Positions 1 through 8,787 of a DNA stretch of 13,667 nt are shown in pieces. Source of the stretch: Promethearchaeota archaeon (lineage in GTDB: Archaea > Asgardarchaeota > Lokiarchaeia > Sigyniarchaeales > SOKP01); assembly GCA_048938855.1 (NCBI GenBank), contig JBHLLT010000049.1, forward strand, positions 1 to 13,667, given 5' to 3'. The notes beneath the pieces are model-generated. The model saw only the letters and a list, made by a program, of their open reading frames with translations, was not told the DNA's origin and did not search any database. Both the position numbers and the translations under genes were made by a program. The stretch's first letter is position 1. The number at the start of each line of letters is the position of its first letter.

Positions 1-3000
1 ATAACTGGAGCTATAACAGTAGAAGCTTGGTTTAATGCTGATTACTTTGGTAACACGTATTTGATATCCAAAAATGGGCCATCTGGACAAAGATGTTGGG
101 ATCTTAGTTTTGATCCTATAAATTCTACTCATGGTTATGCAATTTATCGTTATGCCTTAAATGGATATTCTCATGCAGATGATGTTGGTAATGTAACTGT
201 TGCTATAAACCAATGGTATCATATTGTTGGAGTTTATAATCCCTCAACTTATTCGAGATTATTTATAAACGGACAATTGGTAGATGAAAATGTAACTGAT
301 ATTGTTTCCTCTCAATATGATGCCCCGAATAACCTAAGATTTGGGGCAAGAGGAGACATTCCACCACCCAATTATTTTAATGGAACAATTGATGAGGTTC
401 GTATTTCAAATATCGCCCGCTCAGCGAGTTGGATCGAAACCGAATATAATAACCAATATAAACCATCAAACTTCTTTTCAATTGGTAAAGAATACCCCGT
501 ATCAGGTATTCCAGCTTATGAGCAATATTTCGATTATTACAAAGAGATAACAATAGATAATGCAATGGTGAGCGGTTCACATGAACTTATTAACTTTCCT
601 CTACTGATTTCTATTTTGGATGAAGATTTATATTCCAAAGCTCAAGTGGATGGTGACGATATCGCATTTACGTACAATGGTGCTTGGTTGGATCATGAAA
701 TTGAACACTATGAACAAAATTATGATGGTACTCATGCTCAGCTTATTGCTTGGGTTTCTTTACCACGATTATCAACATTAGAAAATACTGTTATTCGCAT
801 GTATTATGGGAATTCTACTATGAATTCACGTCAAAATCCTTCAGAAGTATGGAATACAAATTATAAGGGGGTGTGGCATCTTAAAGAAGATCCCTCCAAT
901 CCTGCACCTCAATTTTCTGACAGTACAGCATATAGCAATGATGGAACAGCTGTTAATTTATTTTCATCAAATCAGAGTTCTGGTAAAATAGATGGCAGTC
1001 TTATATTTAACGATCAAAATGAAGCCTGTGTAAATGTTTCAGATGACGATAGCATTGATTTGGATAGAGATATGACTATTTCAGCATGGGTAAAGACTAT
1101 TGATAATGAACCCGACGTAGATGTTGTTATAAGTAAATGGTCTCCAACCCCGGGTAATCGGAATTATTGGCTTGGCAAGCTTAATAGTAATGATTTCGCT
1201 TTCTATGTCGATTCAACTCAATATGTTTTAATGGATTTAGACTTGATTAATGATAACAATTGGCATTACGTTGTAGGAGTAGCAGATTCAACTAATTCTT
1301 TATTAAGAATTTATCTTGATGGAATCCAAAGAAATACAGCAGCATATAGTGGTGTTTCACAAACAGGGAACCATTATCTAAATATTGGAAGAAGTTCTGG
1401 AAGTATAGAGCAAGAATGGAATGGAAAAATTGATGAAGTTCGTGTTTCAAATACAGCTTACTCTACTGATTGGATTGTTACAGAATTTAATAATCAAAAT
1501 GATACTCAATATTTCGTAACCATAGGTGGAGAAGTAAAGTTCGATACTACGCCTCCTACTTACTCCAATCTAACTGAAAGTTCAGACCCATTAGAATTGG
1601 GAGCAACTGAGGTTATTCAAATAGATGTGTCTGATCCTTCGGGAATTAATCAGGTACAAATCGAATTCTCAAGTTCAAACCACTCTATGACTAACATTGG
1701 TGGGGATACTTGGCAATATAATTGGACTCCTAATAGTGTAGGAAATTACTCATATACAGTATGGATGGAAGATAATTTTAATAATTGGAATTCTACTATT
1801 GGTACCATTGAAGTGATTGATTCTACTGCACCGACTTATTCAAATCTAATTGAAAGTCAGGATCCTTTACAATTGGGAAAAAATGAAACGATCGAAATTA
1901 ATGTATTTGATTTATCTGGAGTGAATCAAACCTTATTAGAATATGATTCAATAAATCATAGTATGATTCAAGATGGAAACAAATGGAGTTGGAGTAAATG
2001 GCAACCTACACTAGGATTTAATCCATATACAATTTATATGCAAGATAATCAAGACAATTGGAATATGATCAGCGGGAATATAACGGTAATAACAACAGCT
2101 GCACCAATTATTGAAAATTTGACTGAGTTTGAGGATCCCTTAGAGTTGGGTAATAACTTCATAATTCAGGTTGATGTTGCCTCGAATGAATCTTCGGTAG
2201 AGGTAGTATTGATCGAATTGGATGGTATAAACCGTACAATGATAAATATCTTTGGAAATACTTATGAATATATGTACAATAGTTCAGAATACATCGAGAG
2301 TGGTTATTCAGTTGGAATTCCTATAAATTATATAATTTATGCCAACGATTCAAATAATTATTGGGCACTTCCATACCAAGCTAGCTTCGAGATTAAAGAC
2401 ACCTTCGGCCCAGACCTTTTTGCTCTTACTGAAAGTACTGAAATATTAGAACTTGGAGATATGGAGATAATTACCATTAATTGTACTGACCTTGCAGGAA
2501 TTAATGAAGTTAGAATAGAAATTGGAAGTATTAATCATTCCATGACGAATATAGGTGGAAATATATGGCAATATGACAGTTGGACACCCAGTAGTGTAGG
2601 TAATTATTCATATACGATATGGGGAAAAGATAGTAATAATAATTGGAATTTTATTAGCGATTCAATTTTAGTTCAAGATACCACTCTCCCGACTTATTCA
2701 GATTTAACAGAAAGTGCCAATCCCGTTGAGTTAGGTACTCTATTGACTATTTCGATTAATGCTACCGATATAGCTACTATCAAAGATGTTTTAATAGAAT
2801 ATGAAAATAATAATCACTCTATGACAAATATAGGTGGGGATATATGGCAGTATGATTCTTGGATGCCACATTCAATCGGTAATTACACTTACAAAATTTT
2901 CATTACAGATAAGAATGATAATTTGAATTATCTGATTAGTTCAATATTTTTTAAGGATACAATTATTCCTTATTATTCAAATTTATATGAAAAGGATATT

Positions 3001-4359
3001 TTAGAATTAGGAGAATACCAGGAGATCAGTATAGACATCTATGACTTTGCAGGTATTAATCGAGCTTTATTAGAATTTGAAGGAGCAAATCATTCAATGA
3101 CTAATATATTTATGACAAATAAATGGGAGTACAATTTATGGAGGCCAACTGATTGGACTTTTTATCAATATAAGATCCATATGGAAGATAACAGTGGAAA
3201 TTGGAATCATTTAACGGGAAATTTTACTGTTCACGATACAATTGCCCCTCCTATACCAATACTGACTAATAGTCCTAGCGGTGATGTCAGTGGTATCTTA
3301 GTGTTTGATTGGTCTGATGGGATTGATCCATCAGGTATCTCTTATTATATCTTAATTATCGATAATGAGATCAATACTTCAGCAACTCCGGGATATATTT
3401 ACTTCTTTAATATTACAAATGTCGGACCAGAAAGTAGTTATTGTGAATTACCTGAGGTTCTCCCCGCTGGGAAGTATTATTTCTTCTTGTCTCAAGTGGA
3501 TGGAGTAGGGCAACAGAGTAGTGATACCATGGGAACTTTTACAGTTATTACGAATGGTCCTCCCGGGATTAATATGTTTCTTATAATCGGGATAATACTC
3601 GTAAGTGTAATTGGTTCTGTATCGGCTATAGTTTTAGTGAGAAAAAGGATGAAAAAAAACATTGTTCCAACACGTGAAAAGATACCCTTTAAGATTATAT
3701 CTTCACATATTAATAGACTTTCAAGCACACAATTTACACTCCATGAAGAAGAAATTCAATCTGTGACTGGTGATAAAGAGATTGCAATTCGCATTAACGA
3801 AATTAAACAGATGGGGGAGGAACTCTTTGCTGAAGGTGCATATTTAGAAGCTCAAAAGCAATTTAAGGTTGGAAAAGATCTTCTAACTCACCTAGGAAGA
3901 GAAGAAGAGGCAAAACTATTTTCGGATTTGATCTCTGGAATTGAAGGATTAATAGAAGAACGTGAGAGAAGATTAGAATTATTGGAACAAGTAAAAATTG
4001 AAGGTGATTCTGTGCAACTTTTTGAATTGTACAATGAAATAATTGACATTTCAAAAAGATTAAGAGATCCAGACACTGCAAGTTTTTATCAGTCAGAATT
4101 AATTCAATTCTTTCAAATTAATAAGTTGAATTTGATAGATTTAGAAGAATATAGAAACATTTTGGAGCAAAAAGCAGATTCTTTATTGACTAATAATCAG
4201 TTTGAGATTGCCGCTCAAATATATAGAAAGTGTGAAATTATTTCTCAAATTTTCATCCAATTAGAAAGAGACGAAGAAGTAACAAATTTTGAAAAATTTA
4301 GAAACAAAATAACCGAATGTTTAAATAGAATTAAAGAAAAAAATTCTAGGTTTAACTAG
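1..4359 (+). CDS. Large single-pass surface glycoprotein, 5'-truncated: LamG - DUF2341 - LamG - 6 Ig-like repeats - FN3-like - TM - helical cytoplasmic tail
   Basis: Frame is open from base 1 (ITGAITVEAWFNADYFGNTYLISK, a LamG-type strand), so the TTG at 61 is not the true start. LamG motifs WYHIVGVY..LFINGQL..FNGTIDEVRIS and MTISAWVK..WHYVVGV..WNGKIDEVRVS. DUF2341-type YYKEITID..NFPLLISI..GDDIAF..IRMYYGN (~526-813). Repeats at 1543-3234. TM MFLIIGIILVSVIGSVSAIVLV (3574-3639) followed by RKRMKK. Stop TAG at 4357-4359. Confidence 0.9.
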   Translation: MTGAITVEAWFNADYFGNTYLISKNGPSGQRCWDLSFDPINSTHGYAIYRYALNGYSHADDVGNVTVAINQWYHIVGVYNPSTYSRLFINGQLVDENVTDIVSSQYDAPNNLRFGARGDIPPPNYFNGTIDEVRISNIARSASWIETEYNNQYKPSNFFSIGKEYPVSGIPAYEQYFDYYKEITIDNAMVSGSHELINFPLLISILDEDLYSKAQVDGDDIAFTYNGAWLDHEIEHYEQNYDGTHAQLIAWVSLPRLSTLENTVIRMYYGNSTMNSRQNPSEVWNTNYKGVWHLKEDPSNPAPQFSDSTAYSNDGTAVNLFSSNQSSGKIDGSLIFNDQNEACVNVSDDDSIDLDRDMTISAWVKTIDNEPDVDVVISKWSPTPGNRNYWLGKLNSNDFAFYVDSTQYVLMDLDLINDNNWHYVVGVADSTNSLLRIYLDGIQRNTAAYSGVSQTGNHYLNIGRSSGSIEQEWNGKIDEVRVSNTAYSTDWIVTEFNNQNDTQYFVTIGGEVKFDTTPPTYSNLTESSDPLELGATEVIQIDVSDPSGINQVQIEFSSSNHSMTNIGGDTWQYNWTPNSVGNYSYTVWMEDNFNNWNSTIGTIEVIDSTAPTYSNLIESQDPLQLGKNETIEINVFDLSGVNQTLLEYDSINHSMIQDGNKWSWSKWQPTLGFNPYTIYMQDNQDNWNMISGNITVITTAAPIIENLTEFEDPLELGNNFIIQVDVASNESSVEVVLIELDGINRTMINIFGNTYEYMYNSSEYIESGYSVGIPINYIIYANDSNNYWALPYQASFEIKDTFGPDLFALTESTEILELGDMEIITINCTDLAGINEVRIEIGSINHSMTNIGGNIWQYDSWTPSSVGNYSYTIWGKDSNNNWNFISDSILVQDTTLPTYSDLTESANPVELGTLLTISINATDIATIKDVLIEYENNNHSMTNIGGDIWQYDSWMPHSIGNYTYKIFITDKNDNLNYLISSIFFKDTIIPYYSNLYEKDILELGEYQEISIDIYDFAGINRALLEFEGANHSMTNIFMTNKWEYNLWRPTDWTFYQYKIHMEDNSGNWNHLTGNFTVHDTIAPPIPILTNSPSGDVSGILVFDWSDGIDPSGISYYILIIDNEINTSATPGYIYFFNITNVGPESSYCELPEVLPAGKYYFFLSQVDGVGQQSSDTMGTFTVITNGPPGINMFLIIGIILVSVIGSVSAIVLVRKRMKKNIVPTREKIPFKIISSHINRLSSTQFTLHEEEIQSVTGDKEIAIRINEIKQMGEELFAEGAYLEAQKQFKVGKDLLTHLGREEEAKLFSDLISGIEGLIEERERRLELLEQVKIEGDSVQLFELYNEIIDISKRLRDPDTASFYQSELIQFFQINKLNLIDLEEYRNILEQKADSLLTNNQFEIAAQIYRKCEIISQIFIQLERDEEVTNFEKFRNKITECLNRIKEKNSRFN
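1543..3234 (+). repeat. Six tandem ~91-102 aa Ig-like stalk repeats (DTTxPTYSNLxESxxPLELG...NHSMTNIGGxxWQY...WN)
   Basis: Units start at 1543, 1819, 2092, 2398, 2677 and 2956; an FN3-like domain starts at 3235. Confidence 0.85.
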
Positions 4360-4554
4360 AAAAACTCTCTTCTCAGTAAATTTGAATAAAGTCTACTATA
4401 AAATAAATATAAGGAAGATTTTGAAAAAATTCAAAGACAAATAGAATTTAGTTACTTAAAGCATTTTATCTATTTCTCTGCTTAAGTTTATTTCGAAATT
4501 AGAGATACCGGAGAAAAACTTTCAAAACTGTTTCTTCCATTATACTTATAATTT

Positions 4555-4570
4555 AAAATAAATTTATATA
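4555..4570 (+). promoter_or_regulatory. Candidate archaeal BRE/TATA promoter for the ORF2-GTPase-longin operon
   Basis: A-rich stretch followed by TTTATATA (4563-4570), ~100 nt upstream of ATG 4674. The AT-rich background lowers specificity. Confidence 0.4.
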
Positions 4571-4673
4571 AGCGTTTTCTCTTTATTTTTAAAGATAAGA
4601 GTATATTGTACTGATTTGTTAAAGAAAAATAATTTCATTTTAATCAATTTGAAATAAATAAGATGAAAGAACA

Positions 4674-7550
4674 ATGGTAGGAAAAAGCTATATTAAGAAA
4701 AGAAATTATTGTTATATTCTTTCCTTTATCTTTTTCTTTAATATATTTACAATTATTTTCATTCAAAACATCAGCATCAATGTAAAAAATAATGAAAGAT
4801 TAATAGATGATCTAAACTCAAAGATTCAAATTTCTTCGAGTGATCCTCCTAATAAACACTTTTTTGATTATTATAAAACGATAACAATTGACCATAACCA
4901 AGTCAATGGAATGGGGGATCATAAGAATTTCCCTTTGCTAATTTCAATTTTTGATTCAGATTTACATGATGCGGTTCAATCAAATGGAAATGATATTGCC
5001 TTTGCGAATGATACAGCGTGGTTAAACCATGAAATTGAACTATTTGAAAAGACTTATAATAGCACGCATGCTAAGTTGGTGGTATGGGTTCAAATCCCAA
5101 AATTATCAGTCACTATTAATACAGTTATTAGAATGTATTATGGTAATGAGACAATGGATTCGAGACAAAATCCCGAAGCTGTATGGGATGAAAATTATTA
5201 TGCGGTTTACCATATGAATCAAGACCCAAGTTCTTCCTCCGTTCTGGATAGCACTACTAATAATTATGACTTAACTCCTGGTTCAGGATTTAAATCTGCA
5301 GATCTTGTAGATGGGGTTATCGGTAAAGCTATAAAGTTTGATTCGACAGTTTATGGAACATCTAATACAGAATATCTTGAAATCACTTCAGGTTTTTCTA
5401 ATCCGGTAAGCGCCCTCTCTCTTGAAATGTGGTTTAGACCTCAATTATATTATCAGTATCAAAGATATTTTACCGCAACTAATGCCAGACCTGATATAAT
5501 TTTGGGAAATGATAACGGGATTTTATCTCGGATTAAAAATCATCTTGGAAATACTTCTGATATAGATGTTTCCTTCGATGGGTGGAAAGATCAATTTTAT
5601 CATTTAGTTATAACGTGGGAAGGTGGATCAATTGGGCGTAAAAGAGCTTATCTTAACGGAACATTAAACGTAAATGAAACTGATGTCGAAGCCTTAGGAA
5701 ATTCTTCTTTGTGGACAAATTATGCAATCGGTTGTGACATAGATCACACTGATGTTTTTAACGGATTAATTGAGGAATTTAGAATTACTTCAAGTGCTCG
5801 TTCGCCTGGTTGGTTTGAAACAGAATATAATAATCAATATGATCCAAGTTCTTTTTACTCTATTGGAGAAGAAAATTTTGACATTATCCCCCCTACTTAT
5901 TCTAATCTTAGTGAAAGTTCAAATCCATTAGAATTAGGGGAAACAGAAGTTATTAATATAACTGTGTCAGATCCAGAAGGAATTAATCAGGTACAAATCG
6001 AATATGAAGATTCTGATCATATAATCAGAAATCATACCATGAGCAATATTGGTGGAGATACATGGCAATATGACTCTTGGCAACCTAATAGTGTAGATAA
6101 TTATACTTATACGATATGGATGGGAGATAATTTTAATAATTGGAATTCTACTGCAGGTACTATTGAAGTGATAGATACTACTCCACCAACTTATTCAAAT
6201 CTTATAGAAAGTTCAGATCCATTAGAACTGAGTGAGACGGAAGTTATTCAGATAAATGTGTCCGATCCATCAGGGATTCTTGAGGTTAAGATCGAATTTG
6301 AAGATTCAAATCATTCAATGACCAATATTGGTGGAAATATATGGCAATATAGTTCATGGACACCAAATAACTGTATTGTTTATCAATATACAATCTATAT
6401 GGAAGATAAGAGCGGGAATTGGAATTCCTTAACAAATAACATTACAATTCAGGATACCACACACCCTCAGTCACCAAGACTAACTTTTGGTCCAAGTGGA
6501 GATGTCAGTGGTATATTAGTGTTTGATTGGGACCCCGGAATTGATCCTTCAGGTATTTCTTATTATATCTTAATAATTGATAATGAGACTGATCCATCAA
6601 TAACTCCAGGATATGTGTATATATCTAATATTACAAATGTAGGACCTGAATGTACTTATTGTGAATTACCTGAAATTCTCCCTCCTGGGACATATCACTT
6701 TTTCTTAGCTCAAGTGGATGGAGTAGGGCAACAAAGTGATTATACCATTGGGACGTTCACAGTTATTACCAGCACCCCTGGGGATTATACTTTTACTATA
6801 ATTGTGATAATACTTGCAAGTCTAATTGCTTCCGTCACCGCAATAGTTTTAGTGAGAAGAAAGTTGAAGAAGGACATTGCTCCACCGCGCGAAAAGATAC
6901 CTCTTAAAGTTATTATTTCACACATTAAAAAACTTTCAAGCGTAGAACTTGCGTTACAACCAGATAAAATTCAAAAAATAACTGGTGAGAAAGAGATAGA
7001 AATGCACCTTAACGAAATTAAATCTTTAGGAGAAGAACTCTTTGCAGAGGGTGCATATTTAGAAGCTCAAGAGCAATTTAAGATGGGAAGAGATTTTCTG
7101 ATTAATTTAGGAAGAGAAAAAGATGCAGAACTATTTTCAGAATTGATCTCTGGAATTCAAGGATTAATAGAAGAACGTGAGAAAACATTAGAAATACTGG
7201 AACAAGCAAAAAATGAGGGAAAATCTGTACAAGTATTTGAATCGTATTATGAGATAATTGCAATATCAAAAAAATTAAGAGATCCAGATACTGCAAGTTT
7301 TTATCAATCAGAATTAATTAACTATTTTCAAAATAATAAGAATTTAATAGATTTAGAAAATTATAGATCTGAATTAAATCAAAAAGCAGATTCTTCAATC
7401 GAAAATAATATATTTGAGATTGCTGCACAATTATTTGAAAAATGTGAAATTATTTCTCAATTATTCGTACAAATAGGAAAAGAAGAAGAAATAATTAATA
7501 TTCAAGAATTTAAACGTAAAAAAGAGGAGTGTTTGAAAAGCTTAAAATAA
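4674..7550 (+). CDS. Paralogous surface glycoprotein: N-terminal signal/TM - DUF2341 - LamG - 2 Ig-like repeats - FN3-like - TM - helical cytoplasmic tail
   Basis: Basic N-terminus plus hydrophobic YCYILSFIFFFNIFTIIFI (4707-4763). DUF2341 at ~4860-5147. LamG LSLEMWFRP..FYHLVITW..FNGLIEEFRIT. Repeats at 5880 and 6174, FN3-like at 6453. TM ~6792-6854 followed by RRKLKK. Tail is clearly homologous to that of ORF1. Confidence 0.9.
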   Translation: MVGKSYIKKRNYCYILSFIFFFNIFTIIFIQNISINVKNNERLIDDLNSKIQISSSDPPNKHFFDYYKTITIDHNQVNGMGDHKNFPLLISIFDSDLHDAVQSNGNDIAFANDTAWLNHEIELFEKTYNSTHAKLVVWVQIPKLSVTINTVIRMYYGNETMDSRQNPEAVWDENYYAVYHMNQDPSSSSVLDSTTNNYDLTPGSGFKSADLVDGVIGKAIKFDSTVYGTSNTEYLEITSGFSNPVSALSLEMWFRPQLYYQYQRYFTATNARPDIILGNDNGILSRIKNHLGNTSDIDVSFDGWKDQFYHLVITWEGGSIGRKRAYLNGTLNVNETDVEALGNSSLWTNYAIGCDIDHTDVFNGLIEEFRITSSARSPGWFETEYNNQYDPSSFYSIGEENFDIIPPTYSNLSESSNPLELGETEVINITVSDPEGINQVQIEYEDSDHIIRNHTMSNIGGDTWQYDSWQPNSVDNYTYTIWMGDNFNNWNSTAGTIEVIDTTPPTYSNLIESSDPLELSETEVIQINVSDPSGILEVKIEFEDSNHSMTNIGGNIWQYSSWTPNNCIVYQYTIYMEDKSGNWNSLTNNITIQDTTHPQSPRLTFGPSGDVSGILVFDWDPGIDPSGISYYILIIDNETDPSITPGYVYISNITNVGPECTYCELPEILPPGTYHFFLAQVDGVGQQSDYTIGTFTVITSTPGDYTFTIIVIILASLIASVTAIVLVRRKLKKDIAPPREKIPLKVIISHIKKLSSVELALQPDKIQKITGEKEIEMHLNEIKSLGEELFAEGAYLEAQEQFKMGRDFLINLGREKDAELFSELISGIQGLIEEREKTLEILEQAKNEGKSVQVFESYYEIIAISKKLRDPDTASFYQSELINYFQNNKNLIDLENYRSELNQKADSSIENNIFEIAAQLFEKCEIISQLFVQIGKEEEIINIQEFKRKKEECLKSLK
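5880..6452 (+). repeat. Two Ig-like stalk repeats homologous to those in ORF1
   Basis: DIIPPTYSNLSESSNPLELG (5880) and DTTPPTYSNLIESSDPLELS (6174). Identical DNA blocks shared with ORF1: 1642-1666 = 5979-6003 and 1770-1797 = 6125-6152. Confidence 0.85.
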
Positions 7551-7571
7551 ATAATTAAGAGATGAGTATAA

Positions 7572-8771
7572 ATGAAAAAAATTCCTGGTACATTATACCA
7601 TTTAGGTATTGCAAGTGCAAGAGATGGAAGGCTTAATATTAATATATGGTATAGAAATGAACTAGTTTTTGAAAGAAGTGGGATAGTTGAAGCAGAAATA
7701 ATAAGTGCTCTTCAAATCTTTTTTGAAAGCAAAAATTTGAATGTTCCAAGTAATAGGTTATCTTGGATAATAAAAGAAGAATTAACTGAATTGGCGCCCG
7801 CGGATGATATTACTTTTATTGAAGGTACTGTATCTGAGATACTTGGAGAATTTCAGAAAAAGCCATCAGAAGATATAAAAAAAATAGTTTTGATGGGATT
7901 GTCTAATGCAGGGAAAACATGTATTTATGAGCGAGTATTTGAAGGGAAAAAACCTTGGGAATTAATGCATTCAACAGCAACAAAGGGAATTGATTATAGA
8001 AAGTATGAAGTGGGGACTATGACAAAACCAATGATATGGGACTTAGGCGGACAACAACAGTATCTAGATGAATATCACGGACCTTTAAGAAGAAATATAT
8101 TTCAAAAAGTTTCTGTTTTTTTGTATGTAGTTGATGCCTCGGATGTTGACAGGTTTGAAAATTCTCGAATAGAATTAGAATGGAGTGTAAATCAAATACT
8201 AGCGTTTAATCCTACTCCAAAAATTCACGTTTTTCTTCATAAAATAGATCTTATTCATGATAAAAATGCAGTTCTTCCATACCTTAAGCAATTATTATCA
8301 AAAAATATATCCTCCGAAATAACTTTTCATGGAACATCTGTATTTGATGAATCCTTATTTACGGCATGGAGTGGAATAATTAGAGATATATCCCCTAAAA
8401 CGATATTCATTAAATCAATCCTGAAATTATTAAAAGATCAAAAAGGTGTGAAAGAAGCACTGTTAATTGAAAAGTCGAGTGGACTTGCATGTGGCTCAAC
8501 TATAGACGGATCTGAAGAGGATATTGCTATTGGAATGATTTCATTATTAATTATAACATGTGATAGAGTAACAAAAAGTATGAAATTAAAAAGTTTTAAA
8601 GAATTTAGGTTGAAGACTTCATCGAATTATTTATTATTGACAGATATAACTGAAGATTTAATGCTTGTAATTATTTTAGACTCAAATGCTTTTGATAATG
8701 AAACGTTAAGAGAAGTTGAAGAGGTGGGAAAGGAAGTTGCAATTCAAATTAGAGAATTATGGATTGAATAG
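7572..8771 (+). CDS. Rag/Gtr1-like (Arf-related) small GTPase with ~100-aa N-terminal extension and C-terminal roadblock domain
   Basis: G1 GLSNAGKT (7896-7919), G2 ATKG, G3 WDLGGQ (8037-8054), Rag-type G4 HKID (8238-8249), G5 TSVFDESLFTAW (8334-8369; compare Gtr1/RagA TSIWDE[S/T]LYKAW). C-terminal helix, then GVKEALLIEKSSGLACGS...LLLTDITEDLMLVIIL, then helix: a roadblock pattern. Confidence 0.9.
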   Translation: MKKIPGTLYHLGIASARDGRLNINIWYRNELVFERSGIVEAEIISALQIFFESKNLNVPSNRLSWIIKEELTELAPADDITFIEGTVSEILGEFQKKPSEDIKKIVLMGLSNAGKTCIYERVFEGKKPWELMHSTATKGIDYRKYEVGTMTKPMIWDLGGQQQYLDEYHGPLRRNIFQKVSVFLYVVDASDVDRFENSRIELEWSVNQILAFNPTPKIHVFLHKIDLIHDKNAVLPYLKQLLSKNISSEITFHGTSVFDESLFTAWSGIIRDISPKTIFIKSILKLLKDQKGVKEALLIEKSSGLACGSTIDGSEEDIAIGMISLLIITCDRVTKSMKLKSFKEFRLKTSSNYLLLTDITEDLMLVIILDSNAFDNETLREVEEVGKEVAIQIRELWIE

Positions 8772-8776
8772 GAGGT
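8770..8776 (+). promoter_or_regulatory. Shine-Dalgarno AGGAGGT for the longin-like gene, overlapping the GTPase stop codon
   Basis: TAG stop at 8769-8771 runs into GGAGGT (8771-8776); ATG is at 8788. Confidence 0.7.
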
Positions 8777-8787
8777 AAATCAAAAAA

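Noticed and set aside
61-63. TTG start proposed by the ORF track
   Set aside because: The frame is open to base 1 with LamG sequence upstream and no signal peptide follows, so the gene begins outside the window.
341-580. Short ORFs 341..550 (+) and 377..580 (-)
   Set aside because: They lie wholly within the well-supported LamG/DUF2341 frame and show no recognisable motifs.
3492-4081. Antisense ORFs 3492..3728, 3863..4081 and 3888..4076
   Set aside because: These are shadow frames of the ORF1 TM and tail. Their hydrophobicity comes from the reverse complement of Lys/Glu codons.
4663-4680. Mini upstream ORF MKEQW* overlapping the ORF2 start
   Set aside because: Five codons with no SD is expected by chance.
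5029-5217. Alternate-frame 62-aa ORF
   Set aside because: It is nested in the ORF2 DUF2341 domain and has no independent support.
7102-7296. Antisense ORF resembling 3863..4081, which might suggest a conserved small gene
   Set aside because: The similarity is fully explained by paralogy of the two sense-strand tails.
1543-7547. Diversity-generating retroelement or CRISPR explanation for the DNA repeats
   Set aside because: No reverse transcriptase or cas gene is present. The repeats are in-frame protein repeats, their differences are not adenine-specific, and there is no repeat-spacer periodicity.
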